Positions 10,831 to 20,716 are shown, numbered from the stretch's first letter. The stretch is DNA of 64,000 bases from Candidatus Saccharimonadales bacterium (GCA_035479795.1 DATIII010000001.1:7087-71086), one strand, 5' to 3'. Numbers and translations are program-made. The notes: a model not told the origin generated them from the letters alone.

Positions 10831-10838
10831 ATCCAGGT

Positions 10839-11369
10839 ATGCGAGTCTTCATTGCCATCCCAGTAGCCAATCAACTGAATTCAAAAATCGAGGTCTTCCA
10901 TGCCCAGCCCTTATTCCAGCAAAATATGCGGCCTTCGCACGTCGAACCGCACATTACCCTTAAGGCTCCCCAAATTGTGGACGATGTGCAGCAATGGATG
11001 GCAACAGCAACTGAGGCGATTCGCGGCCATGCCCCTCTTTCCATCAAAGGGATTAAAATCGATTTTATTACTCCGCACACTCTCGCGCTGTTTCTTGAGC
11101 CCGATCCATTGCAAGACCTTCAGAGGTCGCTGGCAACTGCTCTGGCCGCTTATAATTCCGCCGGGATCGATCGTCATGAGGTCAACTTCCATCCCCATGT
11201 CACTATCGGACGCAGCGACCATCGGTTTAATACCCCCCAGCAGGGCGAACTAATCCGCTTGGCAGAATCTTTCCTGGAGCCTTATCCCACACTTCAGCTT
11301 AACCTCGTGCGGCTTTACGCCCACGATGGCCACCGTTACTACGGCATTAAGGATATTAAGCTGCCTTAA
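10839..11369 (+). CDS. thpR: RNA 2',3'-cyclic phosphodiesterase / 2'-5' RNA ligase (2H phosphoesterase family).
   Basis: Two H-x-T/S-x motifs (HITL, HVTI) at the expected spacing. Start taken at the internal ATG at 10839. Confidence 0.75.
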   Translation: MRVFIAIPVANQLNSKIEVFHAQPLFQQNMRPSHVEPHITLKAPQIVDDVQQWMATATEAIRGHAPLSIKGIKIDFITPHTLALFLEPDPLQDLQRSLATALAAYNSAGIDRHEVNFHPHVTIGRSDHRFNTPQQGELIRLAESFLEPYPTLQLNLVRLYAHDGHRYYGIKDIKLP

Positions 11370-11863
11370 CGGTAATTATTAAAGTCGAGCGGAAAATCGA
11401 GGTCTTGAGCCTTTAAGTGAACAATAATTCCCTGCAGCTCGTCACGGCTGGAGCTAGAAACCCGCACACTCTCGCCTTGGACCTGGGCCTTGGCCTTGGG
11501 ATAGGCTTCACGAATCAGCTTGGTGATCTTTTTTGCCTTTTCCTGATCTAGACCCTTTTTAAACTTAATTGCCCAACGCATGGTCATACCACCTTGCACC
11601 GGCTCGGACGATAAATCGAGAACTTTAATGGATATGTCGCGGCGTAGCAGCTTGGTCTGCAGCATGTCGACAATTGAATCTAGCTGATTTTTGCTGTCAC
11701 CCTCAATCTGCACACCGACTTTGTCCGCCATAAACTCAATTTTGGCGCTGGTACCCTTAAAGTCGTAACGGGTGGCCAGCTCCCGCTGAGCCTGGTCGAC
11801 CGCGTTGGTCATTTCGCCCGGGTCATAATCACTGACGACATCGAATGATGAATCTTTAGCCAT
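11366..11863 (-). CDS. yajQ: YajQ-family nucleotide-binding protein (UPF0234).
   Basis: MAKDSSFDVVSDYD N-terminus and C-terminal FNNYR, typical of YajQ. Confidence 0.8.
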   Translation of the reverse strand: MAKDSSFDVVSDYDPGEMTNAVDQAQRELATRYDFKGTSAKIEFMADKVGVQIEGDSKNQLDSIVDMLQTKLLRRDISIKVLDLSSEPVQGGMTMRWAIKFKKGLDQEKAKKITKLIREAYPKAKAQVQGESVRVSSSSRDELQGIIVHLKAQDLDFPLDFNNYR

Positions 11864-11919
11864 GCAGACAGGATAGCAGCAAGGGTCCGACCTGGAAAGT
11901 CGGACCCTCTGGTCGGGTC

Positions 11920-12216
11920 TCAGTCCGTATCTTCTGGTTCCGTTAGGCGAACTCGCAAACGGTTATTGAGCTCGAAGACGCCGTCTTCAATCAGCTCACA
12001 AAGCGCAATCATCTTGATAGGCCCCTCTTCATCCAGAATTCGATTAGCCTGAGCTCGCAGCTCATCAGCCGCCAGCCAGCCGTCCCCCGGCTTATCAATT
12101 GGCGCACCGCACTTAGTACACGCCCAACCAGTCTCTGGATCCGCTGCTGCGATCAAGTGCCACTTGTAGGCATCGACTCTGACCTTCAGCTCAGCCAGTC
12201 CGGGCTCGTCTTCCAT
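11920..12216 (-). CDS. Small CxxC protein (98 aa), paralog A of a tandem pair; unknown function.
   Basis: Aligns with the adjacent ORF: DP..C..CG.....W....M.L.ELIEDGVFELNN.LRVRL versus ...DLIDEGIVEVNKKSLKVRL. GC-rich. Confidence 0.5.
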   Translation of the reverse strand: MEDEPGLAELKVRVDAYKWHLIAAADPETGWACTKCGAPIDKPGDGWLAADELRAQANRILDEEGPIKMIALCELIEDGVFELNNRLRVRLTEPEDTD

Positions 12217-12493
12217 ACTGCCCCTTTCGTTTGAGTCGCACCTTCAGCGACTTCTTATTGACCTCAACGATCCCCTCGTCGATCAGATCGTGCATTGCCA
12301 GGCCCATGGAGCCGGCACTCTGTCGGTCGCGAGCGATGGTCCGGATATCCCAAGAGGTATACCACCGCTTGCCTCGTCGGTAGGTACTGCCACAGTCGGG
12401 GCAGAGTCGTTCGACCAAGGGATCAAGTTCGGCCACAATGGCCCGCTTGGCTGACTCAATCTCCCGCTGTAGCGCCAAACTTGTGGCGTCCAT
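12191..12493 (-). CDS. Small CxxC protein (100 aa), paralog B of the tandem pair; unknown function.
   Basis: Homologous to 11920-12216 (CPDCGSTY versus CTKCGAPI; shared C-terminal LIDEG-VE-N---L-VRL). Confidence 0.5.
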   Translation of the reverse strand: MDATSLALQREIESAKRAIVAELDPLVERLCPDCGSTYRRGKRWYTSWDIRTIARDRQSAGSMGLAMHDLIDEGIVEVNKKSLKVRLKRKGQYGRRARTG

Positions 12494-12618
12494 ATTGTCC
12501 TTTCAAGGTTCAGGGTGAACTTACAGCCTAATAATTGCGCTTCTACATGAGCGAAAAAAGTCGAAAGACTTTGACTCAAAAGAGGTTTGAGTTAATGGCT
12601 CTGGTTGACAGTTAGGGG

Positions 12619-13587
12619 CTACTGAAACTGGGTGTCTTTGGCGAATTCAAGGTCGTTTTTTGGCTTATCAGAGCTACCGAGCGAACCAAAGTCCTTATTT
12701 GCAACTACCGAATTGGTGATAGTCAGCTGGGTGGCCTTGGCGTTGCCAGTCGAGATAACTAGCTTGGTTTTGCCGCGAAAAACCTGGATCGTACCTGGCA
12801 GCATGGTGCCATGGAAGGTGTTGCCGCCATCAGTGGTCACCGTAATGGACGTCGCCACATCCTTGATCTGGATACTAACCGCCACGCCATCAAAAACCTC
12901 AGTCGGTAGAGTCTGCGACGCATCGAGCTTGGGCACATGCGCCAGAATATTACGAGTCACAACTGTAGTTTTACCCAAACGATTCTTAGCCGTGACCTTA
13001 ATGGCATTCACGCCGTCCTGCAGGGCAATAGAATCGGTAAAATTACCCCCAGCGTCAGTTAGAATCGGCGAATCGTTGACATAAACATCGGCCCCGCTGC
13101 CAACATGACCACTGACTTCAATCAAGCTACCATAGAGCTCTTGGTCTTTGGTTGGAGCTTTGACGTTCAAATCAGGAGCCGCTGTTAGGGCGCTAAATTG
13201 CCAGATTAAATACCCTACAATGCCGATCAAGGCGACAGCCGACCCTAACCCTGTTAGCAGCCTGGGAGTCAGCAAAATCCGGGGTCGCACCAAGCGGGTA
13301 GCCTGGCGACGCAGTTGCACCTCGGCCTGCCCCCGCTCCTGATCATAGGTCGCTAATATTTCTTCTGGATCCAGCCCGACAGCCCGAGCATAGGAACTAA
13401 TAAATCCGCGCGAATAGACATCATGGGGCAGCTCTTCATATTTAGCGGCCTCAATCGCCCGCAGATATTTACCACGAACCCTCGTAGACAACTCAATCTC
13501 ACGCAGGCTCAGGTCCTTTTCGACCCTAGCCGCCGCCAGCTTTTGCCCAATGTTTTGGGTCTCGTGCGCTGCTTTCTTCTTTGCCAT
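12619..13587 (-). CDS. RodZ-like membrane protein: N-terminal XRE-type HTH, one TM helix and a C-terminal DUF4115-like beta domain.
   Basis: HTH motif (IGQKLAAARVEKDLSLREIE), a hydrophobic segment (LLTGLGSAVALIGIVGYLIW) and a Ser/Thr-rich C-terminus. Confidence 0.65.
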   Translation of the reverse strand: MAKKKAAHETQNIGQKLAAARVEKDLSLREIELSTRVRGKYLRAIEAAKYEELPHDVYSRGFISSYARAVGLDPEEILATYDQERGQAEVQLRRQATRLVRPRILLTPRLLTGLGSAVALIGIVGYLIWQFSALTAAPDLNVKAPTKDQELYGSLIEVSGHVGSGADVYVNDSPILTDAGGNFTDSIALQDGVNAIKVTAKNRLGKTTVVTRNILAHVPKLDASQTLPTEVFDGVAVSIQIKDVATSITVTTDGGNTFHGTMLPGTIQVFRGKTKLVISTGNAKATQLTITNSVVANKDFGSLGSSDKPKNDLEFAKDTQFQ

Positions 13588-13618
13588 AACTACCAGGTTA
13601 GCACACCTGATAAGTTAA

Positions 13619-15712
13619 TTATTCGAAATCTTCGGCTTCGCCGCTGGTTTCGCTCAAACTTGAGACCAGAACATTACGCGGCCTGGCGCCGTCGGCCGGC
13701 CCCACAATCCCCCGCTCCTCCAGCAAGTCGAGTAGCCGAGCCGCGCGGGCGTAACCAACCCGTAGTCGACGCTGTAGCAAGCTGGCTGAGGCCTTGCCGG
13801 TACGAATAACTTCTTCGGCTGCTTGCTCGAACATGTCGTCGTCGGCATCACCAAAGTCGCCAATGCCACCGCTGCGACCACCGACATTAACCGGCTGGGC
13901 CAGCACTTCTTCGTTATACTGCGGCTGACGGGCTCCGCGCAGATAATCCGTGATTGGCTTGGTTTCTTTTTCATTAGTTAACACACCTTGAATCCGCCGT
14001 GGCTTGGGCGATTCGGCACTGGCAAACAGCATGTCGCCCTTGCCCAGCAGCTTTTCGGCCCCACCTTGGTCCAAAATGGTCCGCGAATCAACGTTTGACG
14101 CCACCCGGAAGGCAATGCGGGCCGGAATATTGGCCTTAATCAGGCCGGTAATAACATTGACGCTGGGACGCTGGGTCGCCAGCACCAAGTGAATTCCGGC
14201 AGCGCGAGCTAGTTGAGCTAGCCGGACGATTAGAGCCTCAACATCGCCGGCTGCCAGCATCATCAAGTCGGCCATTTCATCGATGACGATGACGATGTAG
14301 GGCATGCTCTCTTCCTTATGAGAAGTGTTGTACTCATGAATATTGCGATTGCCAACCTCGGCAAACAGCTTCAGTCGGCGCTCCATCTCCGCCACCGCCC
14401 ACTTCAGAGCCGAAATACACTTTTCCGGATCTACAATCACCGGAGTAAGTAGATGCGGCACATCGTTATAGAGGTTTAGCTCGACTCGCTTTGGGTCCAC
14501 TAGAATGAGCTTGAGCTGGGCCGGTGAATTTCGATATAGCAAGCTGGTGAGGAACGAATTAATCATCACCGACTTACCCGCGCCGGTCGCACCAGCGATT
14601 AAAAGGTGCGGCATGCTGGCCAAATCGGCCACCGCCGGATGACCGGAAACATCGCGCCCAAGCACAAAGGTTAGGGGCGACTTGACGTCGGTAAACTCAT
14701 CACTCTTAAATATCTCCTTCATGCGGACTGAAGCGGCCGCCTTATTCGGAATCTCCACGCCCACGGCGCTCTTGCCGGGAATTGGCGCCTCCACGCGAAT
14801 GGCCGGAGCAGCCAGCGCCAGCGCCAGGTTATGCTCTAGGCCGGTAATTTTATTCAGTTTCACCCCACTCGATGGCTTCAGGGTGTACTGAGTGACCGTA
14901 GGGCCGACATTAACCTCGCCCATGGCCACATCGATACCGAAGCTTGAAAGCGTATTTTGAATAATGGCGGCGTTTTCTTTGACGTTGCCGGCATTGGGCT
15001 TGGTAGTAGAATCATCCAGCAGGTCGAGCGAGGGCGGCGTCCAGTCTGGATCCGCCACCGCCACCAGGGCGGCTTCGTCCACCTTTTTCGGCTCCTTGCG
15101 ATTACCACCAAGCGTGCCGCGGATCTCTAGGGCTGGGGCGCCAGCCGGTTCGTTAATCTGTATTTCTTCCTTAGGCCCGCGGACAAAGAAGGCCTTGATC
15201 CGCGCCATGAGATCACTTAAACGAGTATTAGCCGCCACAATTACGCAGATTATTAGCAGAGCAAACAAGATAATTGTGGAGGCCGCCACGTTCAGAATGG
15301 TCAGGAATAAACTATCCAGCCCGTACCCGACTAGTCCCCCACCCAAGCCCTGATTGGCCACATTCATGGCATCTGTCTTGTCGACACCAATGTGTAGCAA
15401 GCCGCTTAAGAAAATGACAAAGCCAGTGAAGCCAACGTAGTTATGAGCCTGGACTTCATATTTGGCGGGCTGGAATAACATGAAGGCAATCAGCAGGAAG
15501 ATCAGTGGCAGCAAGTAGGCACTGAAGCCAATTAGAAACTTTAGTCCGCCGAACAACCCCGTAGCCAAGACTCCACCAAAGCTAAACATGGCAAAGATTA
15601 AGAGCAATGAAAATGCTACGAGCAGCACGGCCACGATCTCACGTGCCACACCCTCATTTAGATTGGGCTTGAGGCTGATTGTTGGAACTTTGCTTTTTTT
15701 ACGCCGGGCCAT
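13619..15712 (-). CDS. ftsK: DNA translocase FtsK/SpoIIIE.
   Basis: N-terminal TM helices. Walker A LIAGATGAGKSVMINS. C-terminal gamma (winged-helix) domain. Confidence 0.9.
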   Translation of the reverse strand: MARRKKSKVPTISLKPNLNEGVAREIVAVLLVAFSLLLIFAMFSFGGVLATGLFGGLKFLIGFSAYLLPLIFLLIAFMLFQPAKYEVQAHNYVGFTGFVIFLSGLLHIGVDKTDAMNVANQGLGGGLVGYGLDSLFLTILNVAASTIILFALLIICVIVAANTRLSDLMARIKAFFVRGPKEEIQINEPAGAPALEIRGTLGGNRKEPKKVDEAALVAVADPDWTPPSLDLLDDSTTKPNAGNVKENAAIIQNTLSSFGIDVAMGEVNVGPTVTQYTLKPSSGVKLNKITGLEHNLALALAAPAIRVEAPIPGKSAVGVEIPNKAAASVRMKEIFKSDEFTDVKSPLTFVLGRDVSGHPAVADLASMPHLLIAGATGAGKSVMINSFLTSLLYRNSPAQLKLILVDPKRVELNLYNDVPHLLTPVIVDPEKCISALKWAVAEMERRLKLFAEVGNRNIHEYNTSHKEESMPYIVIVIDEMADLMMLAAGDVEALIVRLAQLARAAGIHLVLATQRPSVNVITGLIKANIPARIAFRVASNVDSRTILDQGGAEKLLGKGDMLFASAESPKPRRIQGVLTNEKETKPITDYLRGARQPQYNEEVLAQPVNVGGRSGGIGDFGDADDDMFEQAAEEVIRTGKASASLLQRRLRVGYARAARLLDLLEERGIVGPADGARPRNVLVSSLSETSGEAEDFE

Positions 15713-15747
15713 ATCTGTTACATTATACCGCTTTTGCTACACGACTG

Positions 15748-17712
15748 CTATGCGGCGGGCGAGGGGCTTTTGCCAGAATCGACTTCGTTGACCACTGGCA
15801 GGATCATTGGGTTGCGCTTGGTCTTGGAGTACAGGAAGTCACCAATGTCATCACGCAGGCTGAGTTTAAAGCGCTGCCAGTCGGTCGGCTGGTTCTTGTT
15901 GCGACGCTCAAAGGACTTACGGATTTCTAGCCGCACTCGGCCAATCAGCTCCTCGCTCTCCTTCATATGCACAAATCCGCGGCTGATAATATCAGGGCTG
16001 GTCAGCAACCGGCCAGTCTTTTTATCAACGGTGGCAATAATCACCACCATGCCGTCGGATCCGAGCGCCAAACGATCGCGTAGTACCAAGTTTTCGACGT
16101 CTCCAATACCGGAACCATCGATTAGTACAATGCCGCTTTCCACCCTATCTCCCTTTTTGGCAGATGTTGCGGAGATCTCCAACACATCGCCGTTGTCCAT
16201 CACGAAGGAATTGGCCGAGGCCACGCCACTCTTCACCCCTAACTCGGCATGGCGCACTAACATATGGAACTCACCGTGAACTGGCATAAAGTATTTAGGC
16301 TTCGTTAGAGTAATTAGCTTAGCCAGGTCGTCCTGAGGAGCGTGACCAGAAACATGAAGGATGCCAATACCATCAAGATCGCGCAGAGAATGTTGATAAA
16401 CCCGAGCGCCTTCGCGCATCAGCGCGTCGATGCTGCCAACCACGGCCTTCTCATTGCCCGGAATTGGATTGGAGCTTAAGACTATGGCATCACCCGGCTT
16501 GATTTTGACATGGGGGTGGTCGCCAGTGCTCATTCGAGACAGAGCGGAGTTAACCTCGCCCTGAGAACCGGTGCAGAGAATGGCAATTTTGTCGTCTTTT
16601 AACTTAACGCCATCTTGTACTCGCATAATCAATCCGGGCGGGACTTTAATATAGCCAAGCTTAACTGCCAGCTCGACATTGGCCAGCATAGAGCGGCCAA
16701 TAAAGGCCAGCTTACGGCCGGATTTCTGAGCTGAGTTAATAATCAGCTGCACGCGAGTCAGTGAGCTGGAAAAAGTCGAAATAATCACCCGTCCGCCGCT
16801 GCGCTTAAAGATCTCATCGAAGGTGGCTTCGATGTCTTTCTCGACCGGAGTCGCACCCAAACGCTCGGAAGCCGTTGAGTCGCTCATGAGCAGCAGCACA
16901 TTCTCTTTCCCAATCTCTTCAAACCGATCAAGGTCCATAAATTTACCATCAATCGGAGCGGTATCGAGCCTCCAGTCGCCGGTGTGAATCAATGTGCCAA
17001 TCGGCGTGCGAATTATTGCCGCCGCCGCATCTGGGATGGAGTGCGTGACCCGTACCAGTTCAACATTGAAGACCCCAACCTGCACTCGCTCATGCTTATC
17101 TGGGTCCATTACGCGAAACTGTGGCTGGCTTTTAAGCCGAAACTCCTCAATCTGCTTTTCAACCATGGCCAAGCTGAGCCGGGTACCATAAATCGGCACC
17201 TGCATCTTTGGGAGCACATAGCCGGCGGCACCAATATGGTCCATGTGACCATGGGTAATGATAACGCCACGTAGCTTGTGCATATTTTTCTCGATGTAGG
17301 TTATATCGGGAATAATGTAGTCGATCCCTGGCTGATTTTCATCAGGGAAGGCAAACCCGAAATCAACAATAATCATGTCGTTTTCGTACTCTATCGCCAT
17401 CATGTTTTTACCAACTTCGCCCAGTCCGCCCAGCGGAATTACCCGCAGCTTGGGCTCTCGGGTAACTTGGTTGGCCTTACGCGCCTGGACCTGAGTGGTT
17501 TGCTCGCCGCCAGCACCGTTGTAAACCGATTTATTAACCGGCACGGTTGGCGCCTGCATTAGCTTAGCAGCCTGCGGGTTCGCCTGGCGCTGACGCCGTT
17601 GGCGCGCACCATTTGAGTTACGAGGACCCGATTTGGCATTGCCATTCGACCCACCTGCCGGGCGAGCCGGCTTATCGTTTGTCACTTGTGGCTTATTTTC
17701 TTTTGGTTGCAT
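15748..17712 (-). CDS. rnj: Ribonuclease J (metallo-beta-lactamase, beta-CASP and C-terminal domain) with an ~85-aa basic/Gln-rich N-terminal extension.
   Basis: HxHxDH motif (ITHGHMDHIGAAGY) and RNase J architecture. Confidence 0.9.
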   Translation of the reverse strand: MQPKENKPQVTNDKPARPAGGSNGNAKSGPRNSNGARQRRQRQANPQAAKLMQAPTVPVNKSVYNGAGGEQTTQVQARKANQVTREPKLRVIPLGGLGEVGKNMMAIEYENDMIIVDFGFAFPDENQPGIDYIIPDITYIEKNMHKLRGVIITHGHMDHIGAAGYVLPKMQVPIYGTRLSLAMVEKQIEEFRLKSQPQFRVMDPDKHERVQVGVFNVELVRVTHSIPDAAAAIIRTPIGTLIHTGDWRLDTAPIDGKFMDLDRFEEIGKENVLLLMSDSTASERLGATPVEKDIEATFDEIFKRSGGRVIISTFSSSLTRVQLIINSAQKSGRKLAFIGRSMLANVELAVKLGYIKVPPGLIMRVQDGVKLKDDKIAILCTGSQGEVNSALSRMSTGDHPHVKIKPGDAIVLSSNPIPGNEKAVVGSIDALMREGARVYQHSLRDLDGIGILHVSGHAPQDDLAKLITLTKPKYFMPVHGEFHMLVRHAELGVKSGVASANSFVMDNGDVLEISATSAKKGDRVESGIVLIDGSGIGDVENLVLRDRLALGSDGMVVIIATVDKKTGRLLTSPDIISRGFVHMKESEELIGRVRLEIRKSFERRNKNQPTDWQRFKLSLRDDIGDFLYSKTKRNPMILPVVNEVDSGKSPSPAA

Positions 17713-17763
17713 TAATTAATATTCCTTTCGTTAATATTTGTTCGGCAATCGCCGAATAATTGC

Positions 17764-18324
17764 TTAGATTTTTTCCAAGATCTTAGGGATGTTGGCAAAA
17801 TCATCCATTAATTGCTGCCTCATGCCCCCGTTATAAAGGGCAGCTGCCGGGTGATAAAGCGGTAAAAACACTTTGCCATCCTTGCGGAACGCCCGACCGT
17901 GAGCCTGGCTGATCCGCAGCTCGGGCAGGAAGACGTTCATGGAATGTCGGCCCAGGAAAACGATCAGCTTTGGCTGAATGATCTCCAGTTGAGTCTCCAG
18001 AAACGGCATAAAGGCCGCCTTCTCCTCCGGCAGTGGATCGCGGTTACCGGGCGGGCGGTATTTCACAATATTAGTGATATAAATGTCGCTCCGCTCCAGT
18101 CCGATACTGGCCAGCATTTCGTTCAAGAATTTGCCGGCTGCCCCCACAAAGGGAATGCCTTGCTCATCCTCTTTGGCCCCAGGGGCCTCGCCGATGAAAA
18201 CAATGTCTGCATCGGGATTGCCGTCCCCCATCACCAATTGCTTGGCCCCAGCCGCCAACTCGGGAGTGATTTTCTTGTCGATAATCTCCCGCGCTAGCTG
18301 GTCGAGCTGGTCCTGCTTGTTCAT
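17764..18324 (-). CDS. Uracil-DNA glycosylase, family 4 (UdgA-type).
   Basis: GEAPG motif (FIGEAPGAKEDEQGIPFVGAAG) and a C-terminal HPAA-like motif. Confidence 0.8.
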   Translation of the reverse strand: MNKQDQLDQLAREIIDKKITPELAAGAKQLVMGDGNPDADIVFIGEAPGAKEDEQGIPFVGAAGKFLNEMLASIGLERSDIYITNIVKYRPPGNRDPLPEEKAAFMPFLETQLEIIQPKLIVFLGRHSMNVFLPELRISQAHGRAFRKDGKVFLPLYHPAAALYNGGMRQQLMDDFANIPKILEKI

Positions 18325-18409
18325 CTAATTCAATGTACTCCCACAATGTCATCTCGAACGCTAGTCGAGAGATCTTTCAACAGATGCCTCGAGTCCCTCG
18401 ACATGACAA

Positions 18410-20554
18410 TTAGGCTTTGGCGGCCTTGATACTCAAATTGGCTCTACCCTTATCATCAATCTCCATCAGCTTCACAGCCACCTCGTCACCCTCTTTCAGT
18501 TCATCAGAAACTCTCTCTACCCGATGATCAGCAATCTGCGAAACATGAACTAAGCCGTCTTTACCAGGCATAAACTGCACAAAGGCGCCAAACTCCATAA
18601 TCTTCACCACCCGGCCTTTATAGATCTTGCCGACTTCCGGCCGGGCAGTCAGCCGCTCAATCCAAGCCATGGCCTCCTTGGCCGCCTCGCCACTGGTGCT
18701 GGCAATCATCACCAAACCGCTGTCTTCGATATCAATCTCCACCCCGGTTTCGGCAATAATCTTATTGATCGTCTCGCCGCCCTTTCCGATCACATCCTTA
18801 ATTGAATCTGGGCTGATCATCATCTTCGAAATACGCGGCGCATGGTCCGCCAACTCGGCCCGCGGCTTATCGATGACTCCCAACATCTTGCTCATAATGT
18901 GAGCGCGGCCGTCCTTGGCCTGAGCCAAGGCCTGCTTCATAACTTCGGGGGTAATCCCTTTGACTTTAATATCCATTTGCAGCGCCGTAATGCCGTCCTC
19001 GGTACCGGCTACCTTAAAGTCCATGTCACCGGCAAAGTCCTCGGCACCCTGAATGTCAGAGAGGATAACGTACTTACCGTCATCGCCCAGTACCAAGCCC
19101 ATGGCAATACCGGCCACCGGCTTTTTAATAGGCACACCGGCATCCATCAAACTCATGGTCGAGCCGCAAACGCTGGCCATGGAGGTGGAGCCGTTGGAGG
19201 CGATGGCCTCGGAAACGGTCCGGATGGTGTATGGAAAGTCTTCCACCTCAGGTATTACTGGCAGCAAGGCCCGTTCAGCCAAAGCCCCGTGGCCAATTTC
19301 GCGCCGACCTGGGCTGCGCATGGGTCGCACCTCACCAGTCGAATAGCCCGGAAAGTTGTAGTGGTGCATGTAGCGCTTCTGGGTATCCTGCTCCATGGTA
19401 TCAATCAACTGAGCATAGCTGGTCGAAGCCAGCGTAGTAATGTTTAGCACCTGGGTGGTACCGCGGGTAAACAAACCCGATCCGTGAGCTCGGGGAATCA
19501 GCCCTACCTCACCACTAATCGGCCGGATCTGCACCGGATCACGACCGTCTGGACGCGCATTGTCATCCAGAATGGCTCGTCGAATCTCTTTATCAATCAC
19601 TTTGCCGAAGGCCGTTTCGATATCATCAGGGCTAAACTGCCCACCCTCGGCACCATGATCACCTTCTTCTATCCCCGCGCCATATTTGTCCATTACCTCG
19701 CGCCGCAGGTTTTTAATGGCATCATGACGCAAATACTGGTTTTCGTGGCGAATGGCCTGGCCGAGCCGGTCTTTTAGATAGCCATTGATCAGCGCCTCAG
19801 CATCCTTATTGTGATGGTGCAGCTCATATTCTTTAGGTTGGACATCAAGCTCTTGCTTTATCTGCTCTTGCAATTCAATGACTGGCTGAATCGATTTATG
19901 GGCCAGCTCAATAGCCTCAACCATGGTGGCTTCGTCCACTTGGTCGGCGCCGGCTTCGACCATCATGATGGCGTCCTTGGTACCGGCCACCACAAGGTCT
20001 AGATCGCTCTTCTCCATCTCCTCGTAGGTTGGGTAGGCAATCAACTTGCCGCCGACGCGAGCCACATGAACACCAGCCACGGGGCCGTCAAACGGAGCGC
20101 CGGAAATCATCAGAGCGCTGGAGGCGGCAATCATGCCGATGACGTCAGGGCTGTGCACCATGTCGACACTCAAGACGGTCGCCACGGCCTGGATATCATT
20201 ACGATAGCCCTTCGGAAACAGTGGACGGATTGGCCGATCAATTAAGCGAGCCGTTAAGGTAGCCTGCTCACTGGCCCGACCCTCGCGCTTGAGAAAGCGA
20301 CTTCCAGAAATCTTACCGGCTGCATACATTCTTTCTTCGTAATCGATTAGTAGCGGAAAGAAGTCGATGCCATCACGCGGGCTATTGGCCACCACGGCCG
20401 TTCCAAGCACCATGGTGTCGCCATAAGTTACCGTTACGGCGCCATCGGCTAGAAAGGCCATTTTGCCAGTTTCAATCTTTAACTTGCGTCCGCAGAACTC
20501 CGTCTCGAACACACGGGTTTTACCACCAAACGGGTGGATTATTTGTTGACTCAT
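18410..20554 (-). CDS. pnp: Polynucleotide phosphorylase.
   Basis: Two RNase PH domains, then KH and S1 domains. 714 aa. Confidence 0.95.
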   Translation of the reverse strand: MSQQIIHPFGGKTRVFETEFCGRKLKIETGKMAFLADGAVTVTYGDTMVLGTAVVANSPRDGIDFFPLLIDYEERMYAAGKISGSRFLKREGRASEQATLTARLIDRPIRPLFPKGYRNDIQAVATVLSVDMVHSPDVIGMIAASSALMISGAPFDGPVAGVHVARVGGKLIAYPTYEEMEKSDLDLVVAGTKDAIMMVEAGADQVDEATMVEAIELAHKSIQPVIELQEQIKQELDVQPKEYELHHHNKDAEALINGYLKDRLGQAIRHENQYLRHDAIKNLRREVMDKYGAGIEEGDHGAEGGQFSPDDIETAFGKVIDKEIRRAILDDNARPDGRDPVQIRPISGEVGLIPRAHGSGLFTRGTTQVLNITTLASTSYAQLIDTMEQDTQKRYMHHYNFPGYSTGEVRPMRSPGRREIGHGALAERALLPVIPEVEDFPYTIRTVSEAIASNGSTSMASVCGSTMSLMDAGVPIKKPVAGIAMGLVLGDDGKYVILSDIQGAEDFAGDMDFKVAGTEDGITALQMDIKVKGITPEVMKQALAQAKDGRAHIMSKMLGVIDKPRAELADHAPRISKMMISPDSIKDVIGKGGETINKIIAETGVEIDIEDSGLVMIASTSGEAAKEAMAWIERLTARPEVGKIYKGRVVKIMEFGAFVQFMPGKDGLVHVSQIADHRVERVSDELKEGDEVAVKLMEIDDKGRANLSIKAAKA

Positions 20555-20652
20555 AGTCTCCTATTCTTGGGTGCGAATCAGGGGCAAGAGATTAAATTTT
20601 AATCCCAAAACTCTAACCCGTACCCACCTATTAATTACTCTCAGTGACTAAT

Positions 20653-20714
20653 GTCATTCTGAGCGAAGTCGAAGAATCTTTGGCTTAAGATCCCTCCACC
20701 CCATTCGGGATGAC
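20653..20714. repeat. Palindromic dispersed repeat, copy A (GTCATTCTGAGCGAAGTCGAAGAATC ... GATCCCTCCACCCCATTCGGGATGAC) in the rpsO-pnp intergenic region.
   Basis: Inverted arms GTCATYC/GRATGAC. The core recurs at 28638 and 63849. Confidence 0.6.
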
Positions 20715-20716
20715 AG

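Noticed and set aside
18627-20002. Several 60-200-aa ORFs on the + strand inside pnp (e.g. 18842-19447).
   Set aside because: They are antisense shadow ORFs within a well-supported pnp coding region, with low-complexity translations.
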